Shown: one piece after another, positions 29,076-39,890 of the stretch
Position numbering within the stretch: the first letter of the stretch is position 1
Layout: every line of letters starts with the position of its first letter
NCBI GenBank assembly: GCA_900299405.1
Contig: OMJP01000025.1
Span: 3,017-67,016, forward strand
Length of the DNA stretch: 64,000 nt
Direction: 5' to 3'
DNA from: a bacterium
GTDB taxonomy: Bacteria > Patescibacteriota > Microgenomatia > UBA1400 > PJMF01
Translations under genes and position numbers: made by a program
The notes under the pieces: generated by a model
The model's input: only the letters and a program-made list of their open reading frames with translations
What the model was told of the DNA's origin: nothing
Database searches by the model: none

Positions 29076-31121
29076 CTACTCTTCATTCTTAAATACTTCG
29101 ATCAGAAAAGCAATGTGTTCGTCGGGGGTCTTGCCGATAAGCTCAAAGCCTTGGCGAATGTCTTCTCGACTGACGTTGGCAGCAAAAGACTTGTCTTTGA
29201 TTTTTTTCTTGACTGACTTGGCTTTCATGTCAGCAAAACCATTGGGCCTCATCAGCGACACCGCATGCATCAGGCCACTGAGTTCATCACAGGCAAATAG
29301 ATATTTTTCCAGTAAAGTTTCCGGCTGTTTTCCAGTTCTGTCTGGAGCATGAGCTTTAATCGCTTCAATCAGTTCCACTGGATAATCATCAGCCAGGATT
29401 TCATTGACGGCCTTGTTGGGATGTTCGTCAGGATATTTCTCCCAATCCAAATCATGCAGCAATCCCGTCTGGTACCACAATTCCTCATCCTCACCCAGTT
29501 CCCGGGCATAAGCCTCCATCGCTCTGGCAACCATCAGACAGTGATGCCGCAAAGCATCGTTGGTGACGTATTGCTCCATTAAAGAAACAGATGTTTTTCT
29601 TTCTGGTAAATCCTGGGAGGTTTCTAGTTTGTCAACTTTTTTTTTAGTTTCTTCTGGCCCAATTGGCTCAACTGGGTGGAGTGGCCTCAGGGTTGGGAAA
29701 GGAATTACTTCTTTGATGCTCCAGGTGTTGGTCAAAAACATTACTAAGCGATCAATGCCAATACCAATTCCGCCCAGAGGGGGCATGCCATACTCCATCG
29801 CTTCCAAGAAATCTTCGTCCAAAGGATGGGCTTCTTCGTCACCAGCCCTCATGCGTTTTTGTTCATTTTCGAAAATATTGCGCTGATCAACTGGATCAAC
29901 AATCTCACTCCAGCCATCTGCCAATTCTTTACCGCCAATGTATCCCTCAAATCTTTCCGCTAAATCAGGATTCAAGCGATGTTCTTTGGAAAGCGGACTA
30001 ACGTCACGAGGATAATCAATGATCCAAATAGGATCTATCAATGATTTTGTAACTAATTTATCAAAAAGTTGAAACTGAGCCTTTCCTCTGGTAAATTCGC
30101 CCATTAGCTCAATGCTGTGTTTTTCCAACAAAGATTTAATTTCATCATCTTTGAGATTTTCAAAATCAATGTCCACATATTTTTTTAAAGCTTCAATCAT
30201 GGTAATTCTGGGCCATTTATTACCAATATCCACAGTGCTCTCGCCAACTTTCAATTCTGTGCCGCCATGGAGTTTTTCCACCAAGTGTTTGATCAAGCCC
30301 TCGGTAACATCCATCATTCGATGATAATCAGCATAAGCCTCATACCACTCGATCATTGTAAATTCTGGCTGATGGGTTTGATCAATACCCTCATTTCTGA
30401 AATTTCTAGCAATTTCAAATATTTTTTCGTATCCGCCGACGATTAATCTTTTCAAATAAAGCTCTGGGGCAATTCTCAGGTAATAATAAGTGCTCAAGGC
30501 ATTCATGTAGGTTGTAAATGGAGTAGCATTAGTGCCGCCATACAAAGGTTGGAACACAGGAGTTTCTACCTCCACAAATTCATGCTCATCTTGCAAATAT
30601 CTTCTAATTTCTTTTTCAATCAGCCAACGAGCGTCCAGAGTTTTTTTGACGTCTTCATTGATCAAAATATCCAGATAGCGTTTTCTAAAACGAGCCTCTT
30701 TGTCCTCGGCCATGTTCCATTCTGACGGCAGCGGACGAAGAGCCTTACCCAGAAAAGTGAATTTCGTGGCTAAAATCGATAACTCACCAGTGCGTGTGGT
30801 AGCAACCTTTCCCTCAACTCCCAAATAGTCTCCCGGATCAACCAAGTTTAAAGTTTTGAATTGCTCATCACCCAATTCTTGAGCTCTCAACATCACTTGG
30901 ATAGTGTCCGTAGAATCTCTAAGGTCGGCAAAAATTACCTTGCCATGCTCGCGAATCGCCATCACTCTGCCAGCGGTTCTTACTTCTTTGCCCTCAGACT
31001 GTCTAGCCTGGGAAACCGTGTGTGTTTTATCAAAAGAATAGGGATGAGGATTAATTCCTTGATCTTCTAGTGATTTTCTTTTATCAATTTTTGCTTGAAT
31101 TGTTTCGTCAATTCTCGACAT
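29076..31121 (-). CDS. lysS: lysyl-tRNA synthetase (class II) with C-terminal HD-domain extension
   Basis: LysRS core ends ...GIGIDRLVMFLTNTWSIKEVIPFPTLRP; followed in frame by ~190 aa with H...HD...H...D motifs (LRHHCLMV, LLHDLDW, KAHAP). Confidence 0.85.
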   Translation of the reverse strand: MSRIDETIQAKIDKRKSLEDQGINPHPYSFDKTHTVSQARQSEGKEVRTAGRVMAIREHGKVIFADLRDSTDTIQVMLRAQELGDEQFKTLNLVDPGDYLGVEGKVATTRTGELSILATKFTFLGKALRPLPSEWNMAEDKEARFRKRYLDILINEDVKKTLDARWLIEKEIRRYLQDEHEFVEVETPVFQPLYGGTNATPFTTYMNALSTYYYLRIAPELYLKRLIVGGYEKIFEIARNFRNEGIDQTHQPEFTMIEWYEAYADYHRMMDVTEGLIKHLVEKLHGGTELKVGESTVDIGNKWPRITMIEALKKYVDIDFENLKDDEIKSLLEKHSIELMGEFTRGKAQFQLFDKLVTKSLIDPIWIIDYPRDVSPLSKEHRLNPDLAERFEGYIGGKELADGWSEIVDPVDQRNIFENEQKRMRAGDEEAHPLDEDFLEAMEYGMPPLGGIGIGIDRLVMFLTNTWSIKEVIPFPTLRPLHPVEPIGPEETKKKVDKLETSQDLPERKTSVSLMEQYVTNDALRHHCLMVARAMEAYARELGEDEELWYQTGLLHDLDWEKYPDEHPNKAVNEILADDYPVELIEAIKAHAPDRTGKQPETLLEKYLFACDELSGLMHAVSLMRPNGFADMKAKSVKKKIKDKSFAANVSREDIRQGFELIGKTPDEHIAFLIEVFKNEE

Positions 31122-31154
31122 AATTTCTTTCTGTTTTACAAATATTCATTATAA

Positions 31155-31182
31155 CCAAAAAAACCCCGCCTTGTGGCGGGGA
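31155..31182 (-). terminator. rho-independent terminator downstream of greA
   Basis: CCCCGCC-ttgt-GGCGGGG hairpin followed on the minus strand by a T-run. Confidence 0.7.
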
Positions 31183-31203
31183 TCTTGTTTCTAGTTTGTT
31201 TTG

Positions 31204-31677
31204 TTATTTAATGTTTTTGACTACGTAAACTACTTCGCCCGCCGGGGCTTTGACTGTGGCTTCATCGCCCTTTTTCTTGCCGAGCAAGGACTTGCCGATT
31301 GGTGACACGGAGGAAATCTTGTTTTCCTCTGGATCAGCCTCGAACTCGCCAACCATTTCGTAGGTAAAAGTCTTGCTTGATTTGCCTTTGATATAAACCT
31401 CTACTTGAGAGCCGATGCCAACAGTGGTGTGACCTTTGGTGTTTTTGACCACGGTCGAGTTTGCCAAAATATCTTCGATCTCGCTGATTCTGGTCTCGGT
31501 GAAGTTTTGCTCTTCTTTGGCGCTGTGATAGTCAGCATTCTCTGATAAATCACCCTGCTCACGAGCATTAGCCACCCGATCAATAATCTGGGGAAGCTTT
31601 TCCTCCTTGAGTTGCCTGAGCTCTTCTTTGAGTTCTTCCAAGCCTTCTTTGGTTAGTTGTGCTTTGTCTGAGGTCAT
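31204..31677 (-). CDS. greA: transcription elongation factor GreA
   Basis: N-terminal coiled-coil with DLSENADYHSAKEEQ and C-terminal FKBP-like domain. Confidence 0.85.
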   Translation of the reverse strand: MTSDKAQLTKEGLEELKEELRQLKEEKLPQIIDRVANAREQGDLSENADYHSAKEEQNFTETRISEIEDILANSTVVKNTKGHTTVGIGSQVEVYIKGKSSKTFTYEMVGEFEADPEENKISSVSPIGKSLLGKKKGDEATVKAPAGEVVYVVKNIK

Positions 31678-31740
31678 AATGGAGTTAGTATAGAGAATTT
31701 TTATAGATAGGCAAGTGCAATCTCTGTCGGGAAAATAGCG

Positions 31741-32160
31741 CTAAATCTTGCTTTTCCTGGTTTTCTGAGCGACTTTGACCTCCATCATTGCTTGACGCAG
31801 AGAGGCCTCGGCCATCATCAATTCACGCTGATCTTGAGTCTTTTCCATAGTCTCTTTGGCTGCTTTGACAGCATCCTGAGCTTTTTCCAAGCTAATATCA
31901 CGATCCAAAATGCCGTTGTCGACCATTACCGTCACCTCTCCAGAGGGAGCGACATTCACAAAGCCATCTGAGACCACTAGTGAGGCCTCGGCATCTGGAG
32001 TACGATAAATGAGCTGACCAGTTTTTACTTGAGAAAAAAGGGGAATGTGCTCCGCCAAAACCGTGATTTCACCCTCAGAGGTAGGCACTGACACCGAAAC
32101 TACGTCTTCGGTAATCAAGACTTTCTCTTGAGAGACAATATGCAGCGGAAAAGTCTTCAT
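31741..32160 (-). CDS. atpC: F1 ATP synthase epsilon subunit
   Basis: Position after atpD; epsilon-like beta-sandwich plus helical tail. Confidence 0.85.
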   Translation of the reverse strand: MKTFPLHIVSQEKVLITEDVVSVSVPTSEGEITVLAEHIPLFSQVKTGQLIYRTPDAEASLVVSDGFVNVAPSGEVTVMVDNGILDRDISLEKAQDAVKAAKETMEKTQDQRELMMAEASLRQAMMEVKVAQKTRKSKI

Positions 32161-32162
32161 AG

Positions 32163-33575
<1,413 letters not shown>

Positions 33576-34448
33576 TTAATTCAATGCCATCGTGGCAGAA
33601 ATAATATCTAACAATTCTCCAGTGACGTTTTGCTGTCTGGTCTTGTTGTAGATCAGTCGCAACTCATCCATCAGTTCGGCAGCGTTCTCACTAGCGTTCT
33701 TCATCGCTACCATTCGGGCACTGTGCTCACTAGCTTTGGCCTCCAAAAAAGAATGGTAGAGAGTGTTTTCCAAGTAAAAAGGCAGTAAGTGGGCCAAGAT
33801 TTCTTTGGGGTTAGGCTCGAAAACATATTCCTTGGGCTCTTCATCACTGTCTTTTTCCTCGACTACATCTGGTTTAAAGATTTTTGATAGAGGAAGTAGA
33901 CCGGCCACTTTGGGTTTCTGGGAGAGAGTGTTGATAAAGTCGGTATAGATCACATCAACTGAGCTAAAGCGTCGTTCTACAAATCCTTGCAGTACTAGGC
34001 TCACCACAGCAATCACATCCTGAAAGCGCAAGTGCTCTGGCAGATCGGTGAACTGAGCGTGAACAGTCATACCCACTGATCTGGTAAATAAAACTGCTTT
34101 TTTGCCGACTGCGACTACTTCACCATTACGGTGTTGTTTTTTCCAAGCATTGAGCTCTTTTGCCAGGTTGGCATTCAGAGCGCCGCACAAGCCCTTGTCT
34201 GTGCCGATCACTACCACCAAAGGAATGCCTTCTTCGTGGGTAGAGAGTAGGGGATGCTCGTTTAGTTTGGCGGCTTGAGAAATCGTGGTAATGGAATCAT
34301 AAAGAGCTTGAGAATAAGGACGAGCGGCCAAAGCCTGATCTTGGGCTTTTTTCATCTTGCTGGCAGCCACCATCTCCATCGCTTTGGTGATCTTGGAAAT
34401 GTTTTGAGCTGCTCCAATGCGGCGTTTGACTTGTCTCTCGTTTGCCAT
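33576..34448 (-). CDS. atpG: F1 ATP synthase gamma subunit
   Basis: MANERQVKRRIGAAQNISKITKAMEMVAASKMKKAQ. Confidence 0.9.
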   Translation of the reverse strand: MANERQVKRRIGAAQNISKITKAMEMVAASKMKKAQDQALAARPYSQALYDSITTISQAAKLNEHPLLSTHEEGIPLVVVIGTDKGLCGALNANLAKELNAWKKQHRNGEVVAVGKKAVLFTRSVGMTVHAQFTDLPEHLRFQDVIAVVSLVLQGFVERRFSSVDVIYTDFINTLSQKPKVAGLLPLSKIFKPDVVEEKDSDEEPKEYVFEPNPKEILAHLLPFYLENTLYHSFLEAKASEHSARMVAMKNASENAAELMDELRLIYNKTRQQNVTGELLDIISATMALN

Positions 34449-34450
34449 GA

Positions 34451-36049
34451 TTATTCTTCGGTTTCTTCCTTGACCATCATCATCTCGGGATGGAGGTCAT
34501 TAAATTTGCTGACTGCTTGTTTCAGTTTCTCGACCAACTCATCGCTAAGTTTCTTTTCCTGGGCAATTTCGTCCAACAAAGCTTGATTATTGGTGTGCAT
34601 GTAGTCCAAATAAGCTTTTTCCCAATCTCTGATCACGTCTTCTTTGGCTTCATCCAAATATCCATTTACAGCAGCAAAAATCACTACCACTTGCTCCTGC
34701 ATGCTGAGCGGCTTGTCCCAGCCCTGCTTCAAAACTGCATTCACTCGAGTACCACGGTCTAGAGTTCTCTTGGTACGCTCATCCAGATCAGAGCTGAATT
34801 GGGCAAAAGCCTGTAGCTCTCTGAACTGAGCCAAGTCGAGCTTCATCGTACCAGCCACTTGCTTCATGGCTTTTACTTGAGCAGCGCTGCCCACACGAGA
34901 TACTGACTGACCGACACTGATAGCGGGTTTCATACCAGCATTGAAGAGGTCTGTTTCCAAATAAATCTGACCATCGGTGATCGAGATCACGTTGGTAGGA
35001 ATGTAAGCAGAAATGTCATTGGCTTGAGTTTCGATGATGGGTAGAGCCGTAATCGAACCACCACCATGATTTTTGTTCAAGCGACAAGCTCTTTCCAGCA
35101 AACGAGAATGAAGATAGAAAACATCTCCTGGATAAGCCTCACGACCGCTGGGACGACGAAGTAGCAAAGAAATTTCCCGATACGCTTGGGCGTGTTTGGA
35201 AAGATCATCGTAAATAATCAATACATCTCGGCCTTTGGCCAAAAAGTACTCAGCGATTGCCAAACCAGTGTAAGGAGCCAAAAACTGCTCGGCAGCACTG
35301 TCTGAAGCGGTGGCCGAGACGATAATACTGTAATCCATGGCCTGATGTTCTTCCAGAATCTGCATGGTTTGGGCCACCGAAGCTCTTTTCTGACCTACGG
35401 CGACATAAACACAAATTACATCCTGGTCATCCTGATTGAGAATAGTTCCCAAGCCAATCGCGGTTTTACCAATCGAGCGGTCACCGATGATCAGCTCACG
35501 CTGTCCACGACCAATAGGAATCATGGCGTCGATTGCTTTGATTCCAGTTTGCAAAGGCTCAGAAACCGATTGGCGAGCCATTACACCTGGGGCAACTTTT
35601 TCCAAAGGCATGTACTTGTCAGCGGCAATCGGAGCACCACCATCGATTGGTCTGCCCAAACTATCCACTACACGACCAATGACTGCATCACTGACTCCCA
35701 CAGACAAAATTCTGCCAGTACGACTGACGGTGTCACCGACCTCGATCCCCATGGGATCACCCATCACTACCACACCCACTGAGTCTTCCTCCAGATTCAG
35801 TGCCAAACCAAATTTCTTACCACTGATATCAACGATTTCTCCAGCTTGAACATCATCTAGTCCTGAGGCGCGCACCACTCCATCGGAGTAGGCCACTACC
35901 TCACCAACTGACTCGACGCCATCGGTAAGCTTGACCTTGTCTAGCAAAGAGGGAAGAGCAAAGACGTTTTTTGCGGCCCGGGGTTTACGGGCAGCAGCCT
36001 TCTTTGTAGTTGTTTTGGTTTTTTTCGTGGTAGTTTTTTTCCTAGGCAT
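34451..36049 (-). CDS. atpA: F1 ATP synthase alpha subunit with ~25-aa Lys/Thr-rich N-terminal extension
   Basis: Walker [10 protein letters not shown]; N-terminus [27 protein letters not shown] precedes conserved alpha start. Confidence 0.95.
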   Translation of the reverse strand: MPRKKTTTKKTKTTTKKAAARKPRAAKNVFALPSLLDKVKLTDGVESVGEVVAYSDGVVRASGLDDVQAGEIVDISGKKFGLALNLEEDSVGVVVMGDPMGIEVGDTVSRTGRILSVGVSDAVIGRVVDSLGRPIDGGAPIAADKYMPLEKVAPGVMARQSVSEPLQTGIKAIDAMIPIGRGQRELIIGDRSIGKTAIGLGTILNQDDQDVICVYVAVGQKRASVAQTMQILEEHQAMDYSIIVSATASDSAAEQFLAPYTGLAIAEYFLAKGRDVLIIYDDLSKHAQAYREISLLLRRPSGREAYPGDVFYLHSRLLERACRLNKNHGGGSITALPIIETQANDISAYIPTNVISITDGQIYLETDLFNAGMKPAISVGQSVSRVGSAAQVKAMKQVAGTMKLDLAQFRELQAFAQFSSDLDERTKRTLDRGTRVNAVLKQGWDKPLSMQEQVVVIFAAVNGYLDEAKEDVIRDWEKAYLDYMHTNNQALLDEIAQEKKLSDELVEKLKQAVSKFNDLHPEMMMVKEETEE

Positions 36050-36063
36050 AAATCTCCATCCGT

Positions 36064-36285
36064 TTATAGTTGTGCCAACAGTTGCTCTTTCACTTGAGCC
36101 AGTCTGCCTGCCACGGTCATATCAATTGCTTTAGAACCAACGATCACTTTGACGCCGCCGATCATGGCTTCATTAACCTGAGCATCCAGCTCGATCTCAC
36201 CATATTTTTTGGTGGCCGCTTTCTTGAAAGCCGCCAAAGTTTTTGGCTCGATCTTGCTAGCTGAAATAAGCGTAATTTTTTTCAT
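36064..36285 (-). CDS. atpH: truncated ATP synthase delta (OSCP) subunit, C-terminal domain only (73 aa)
   Basis: [23 protein letters not shown] matches delta C-terminus; located between atpF and atpA; no N-terminal domain. Confidence 0.6.
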   Translation of the reverse strand: MKKITLISASKIEPKTLAAFKKAATKKYGEIELDAQVNEAMIGGVKVIVGSKAIDMTVAGRLAQVKEQLLAQL

Positions 36286-36289
36286 GTAA

Positions 36290-36775
36290 TTACATCTGTT
36301 TCAAAGCTTCGTCTAAACCCTTGCCAATTAGTTTTTGATCAGCGGTTTTGTTGAGTTTTTTGCCCAACACCATGCCGCTAACCTCAACCACTGCCTCGAC
36401 CATTTGTTTCTGGGAGTCAGCTAGCAATTGCTTTCTCTCTGCTTGCCAGTTTTCCTGAGCCTTTTTCAGCTCTGCCTGCAAGCTAGATTTAGCTTCAGCA
36501 ACTAATTTTTGTTTCTTTTTAATCGCTTCTTTGTTGGCCTCTTCCAAGATTTGAGCGGCTTCTTTTTCTGCAGCTCGCTTGGTTTTGGTCTTCAAAGCCT
36601 CGATTTGTTCTTTTTCGGTGGCAATTTTGTCTACCTCTGCCTGACTCTCAGCCACTTTTTCTGCACGTTCATCCAGAATTTTTTGGACTGGTTTGTAAAG
36701 CAGGTAGACCAATGCGCCCAGCACCACTGAGAAGTTCACCAATTGAAAGAGAATTTGTGGTAACTGAATATCCAT
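36290..36775 (-). CDS. atpF: Fo ATP synthase subunit b
   Basis: N-terminal TM plus long charged helix. Confidence 0.8.
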   Translation of the reverse strand: MDIQLPQILFQLVNFSVVLGALVYLLYKPVQKILDERAEKVAESQAEVDKIATEKEQIEALKTKTKRAAEKEAAQILEEANKEAIKKKQKLVAEAKSSLQAELKKAQENWQAERKQLLADSQKQMVEAVVEVSGMVLGKKLNKTADQKLIGKGLDEALKQM

Positions 36776-36787
36776 AATGCCTCCTTT

Positions 36788-37021
<234 letters not shown>

Positions 37022-37063
37022 TTAATTATTACTTTTACTATTAACTCTTAACTATTAACTAAT

Positions 37064-37978
37064 CTAATGATCATCATGACTGACGGTAGCGACGTTGTAG
37101 AACACTACTGACAGCAACGAAAATACTAGGGCCTGAATGAAGCCGACGAAAATCTCCAAGCCGTAGAAGGGCATCGGCACCAACAAAGGCAACAAAGCAC
37201 CAATCACGACTAGCAGCACCTCTCCAGCAAAAATATTACCAAAGAGACGGAAAGAGAACGAGACTACTTTGGCGATTTCGGAAATGGTTTCCAACACCGA
37301 GACAAAGAATAGAATCGGGTTTTTGAAGTTGAGGAATTTTTTAAAGTAAGCCAAACCTAGATATTTAATGCCGACAAACTGCACCATACCCATAGTAAAC
37401 AGGGAAAGAGCCAAGGTGGTATTTAGATCAGCGGTACCAGCGCGCAAGTAGGGGACAAAGACTTCGTGAGCCTCGCCATGCTCTTCAGCTAGCGCTGCGT
37501 CTTCGACATGAGTTTCGCCATCTTCGACTACCAGAACATCTTGGTGATCATCAGCAGGAGTGGCGGCTTGAACAGAACTCACAGTATCGATTTCTTTTTG
37601 TAGTAAAACTGCGTGTTCAGTGCCGCCCACAGTTTCTTTAAAACCAATAGTGCCCACGCCGGGCAGCAAGCCAAACCAGTTGTTCATCATGATGAACAAA
37701 AAGAAAGCCATGAAATAAGGCAGAAAAAAACGGGTCTTTTTGTGATTACCCGTTATTCCTTGCACCAGTTCGTAAAATCCTTGAACGATGAATTCTGCTA
37801 AGTTTTGCAGACCCTTGGGCTTCTTGCTCTTGGGGTTGAGGCTGCGATTGACGGCAAAAAAGAAACCAATCATCAAAGCACTGACAATCAGACTGGTGAA
37901 AATTGAGTTCGAGATGTTCAACGGTCCTAAAGAGGCGATTTTTTCCGCTGAGATAGAAATATGTAGTTCTGCAGCCAT
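37064..37978 (-). CDS. atpB: Fo ATP synthase subunit a, with an acidic insertion
   Basis: Conserved C-terminal region LFGNIFAGEVLL... with essential Arg context; ~50-aa Asp/Glu/His-rich insert. Confidence 0.85.
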   Translation of the reverse strand: MAAELHISISAEKIASLGPLNISNSIFTSLIVSALMIGFFFAVNRSLNPKSKKPKGLQNLAEFIVQGFYELVQGITGNHKKTRFFLPYFMAFFLFIMMNNWFGLLPGVGTIGFKETVGGTEHAVLLQKEIDTVSSVQAATPADDHQDVLVVEDGETHVEDAALAEEHGEAHEVFVPYLRAGTADLNTTLALSLFTMGMVQFVGIKYLGLAYFKKFLNFKNPILFFVSVLETISEIAKVVSFSFRLFGNIFAGEVLLVVIGALLPLLVPMPFYGLEIFVGFIQALVFSLLSVVFYNVATVSHDDH

Positions 37979-38050
37979 GGGCGGTTTTGCTGTTAGTTAA
38001 TCTATTAATTCCTGCCTAAAATTAAAAATAAAAACAGAAAGACAGGGTCG

Positions 38051-38078
38051 ATTATACCTTGCATCTTGAGAAGCGCAA
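38051..38078 (-). promoter_or_regulatory. candidate sigma70 promoter of the atp operon (TTGCGC-16-TATAAT on minus strand)
   Basis: Minus-strand TTGCGC (38073-38078) and TATAAT (38051-38056) ~70 nt upstream of atpB. Confidence 0.45.
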
Positions 38079-38092
38079 GAGAAGTTTTCGAC

Positions 38093-39799
38093 CTATTCTG
38101 CCAATACTATTACTATATCATACTCTTCTGCCGCCACCTCAACAGCCTTGTCCTCCGAGTACACCAGATCTAAACCTGAGTCCTCGCTCAGCAGATCAAT
38201 CAATCCCTGATCTTCTTCTGCCATTAAAATATAATTGCCTTCCTCGTAGTCTCCGCGGGCGTTGGCCGCATCAACTGATTCAAAACCAGCCTCTTCCAAA
38301 GCATCAGCGATCTCGCCGGCATAGCCAGCTTGGGTGGTAGCGTTGACTACCAAGACGCTGTATTCAGCTCGTTCGATCACTGGAGTTGGGGTCGGTGTGG
38401 GGGTAGCTTCTGGGGTGGGCGTGACCTCTGCGGTCTGTTCCACTGGGGCTTCATCGCCGGACTGGGTGAAACTCAATAATCCTAAGCCAATGCCCAAGCC
38501 AATGCCAACGGTCACAAAGAAACTAACTAAACCGATGAAGATCATACGTACCATGCTGTTGGTGCCAGCATCGTTTTTGATGACTTTTTTGGCTGGTTGG
38601 ACGGGAGTAGTTTCTGGGGTTTCCATTGTTTCCTCCTTTGCTGGTTCTTTATCCGCCGTGGCGGATTTTTTGACTGCTGGAGCTGCTGGCGCTGGTGCTG
38701 GCTCTTCCTCTACTGCTTTTTCCTGATCGGAAAACTGACTGAGGTCTACTTCTTCTGGCTCAGAGACTTCGGCTGCTGCAGCTGGCGCTGCTGTCTCGGG
38801 CACGTCGGCGAATTGTAGTTCTTGTTCTGCAGATTCTTCGGCTTCACCGCCCACTTCTGTTGGGGTGGGGAGCTCTGCTTCGTTGGTGGCTGATTGTTCT
38901 TCTTTTGCCATGGTTTCCTTTGCTGGCGCAGGCGCGGCGGTTGCTGGCGCTGCTGCTGCCTTACCTATAGTAAACACTGGAATTGTGTAATCTGCAACTG
39001 ATACAGTCTTCGCGCCTGCTTCGATCGCTTGTTTTACGTATGAGGGCATTTCTGATTCTTCACCGTCATCTGCGAGCTGCTGCAGTGGCAGGGTTTCTTT
39101 CAGCCCATCTTTGAGCTTTTCTTCCACCACGGCGTTGGACAGCAGATACAAAGTCTGGATGCTGGGCTCGGCGCCTTTCAGGGTTTTGATGGTCTCTACC
39201 AATTTCTCGGCATCTTCTAGCTCGGCATTGATGGCTTGATCCACACCGATGTAGTGTTGAGCCAAATACAGATGAGCGCCTAGCTGCACTACGCTGATCG
39301 ATGGTTCGAGCGAGATCAAAGATTTCAGAGTCCAGCTAAGGGGATAAACGCTGTTTACGGTTGGGCCACCAGCTTTAAAATGCTTAGTCAAAGGTTCCAG
39401 CAAACTCTTTTCCAAGGCGGACAACTGGGCTTTGGCTGAGCCTTTCAGCTCGGTCAGCACAAAAGCTTCGATGTCATGGCTTTCAACAGAAATGCCCAAA
39501 CTTGGCACTAGTTCGTCCATCACATACTTGCTCACGGCTTCTTCGCCGGTCTGATCAACATTCACCACTGTATTGGTAAATAAGAAATCAGGTAAAACTA
39601 ATTCATATTCTTTTGCTTGAATACGACCAGAAAGCTTTTTAACACTCTCTTCTAAAATTTCATTATCATTCATGAAATTACCATCAACTTGAAGATAGTC
39701 GCTAATCTTAAAAACTTCTGAATCTTTAGCTTTAACTAACTCAACTATATATGCCACGTCTGGCAATAGATAAATAAAATTCTTAGAGGTGTCTGCCAT
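38093..39799 (-). CDS. membrane protein: N-terminal PilM/FtsA-like (degenerate actin-fold) domain, Pro/Ala/Thr/Glu-rich linker, single TM helix, C-terminal LytR_C-like domain
   Basis: TM MVRMIFIGLVSFFVTVGIGLGIGLG; C-terminus YSVLVVNATTQAGYAGEIADALEEAGFESV...DIVIVL matches the LytR_C pattern; N-terminal domain assignment by pattern only. Confidence 0.55.
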   Translation of the reverse strand: MADTSKNFIYLLPDVAYIVELVKAKDSEVFKISDYLQVDGNFMNDNEILEESVKKLSGRIQAKEYELVLPDFLFTNTVVNVDQTGEEAVSKYVMDELVPSLGISVESHDIEAFVLTELKGSAKAQLSALEKSLLEPLTKHFKAGGPTVNSVYPLSWTLKSLISLEPSISVVQLGAHLYLAQHYIGVDQAINAELEDAEKLVETIKTLKGAEPSIQTLYLLSNAVVEEKLKDGLKETLPLQQLADDGEESEMPSYVKQAIEAGAKTVSVADYTIPVFTIGKAAAAPATAAPAPAKETMAKEEQSATNEAELPTPTEVGGEAEESAEQELQFADVPETAAPAAAAEVSEPEEVDLSQFSDQEKAVEEEPAPAPAAPAVKKSATADKEPAKEETMETPETTPVQPAKKVIKNDAGTNSMVRMIFIGLVSFFVTVGIGLGIGLGLLSFTQSGDEAPVEQTAEVTPTPEATPTPTPTPVIERAEYSVLVVNATTQAGYAGEIADALEEAGFESVDAANARGDYEEGNYILMAEEDQGLIDLLSEDSGLDLVYSEDKAVEVAAEEYDIVIVLAE

Positions 39800-39890
39800 A
39801 ATAAGAGATCCTTACAAGACTAATAATCGAAAATTGTCTTGATCTATTATGGAGGAAAAAGACTTGAGAATCAACGGGCGACTAAATAAC

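Noticed and set aside
38334-38818. Plus-strand ORFs (130 aa and 73 aa) rich in Gly/Val/Ala/Trp/Cys repeats
   Set aside because: They are the antisense reading of the Pro/Ala/Thr/Glu-rich linker of the 568-aa minus-strand gene. They are compositional artefacts with no independent signals.
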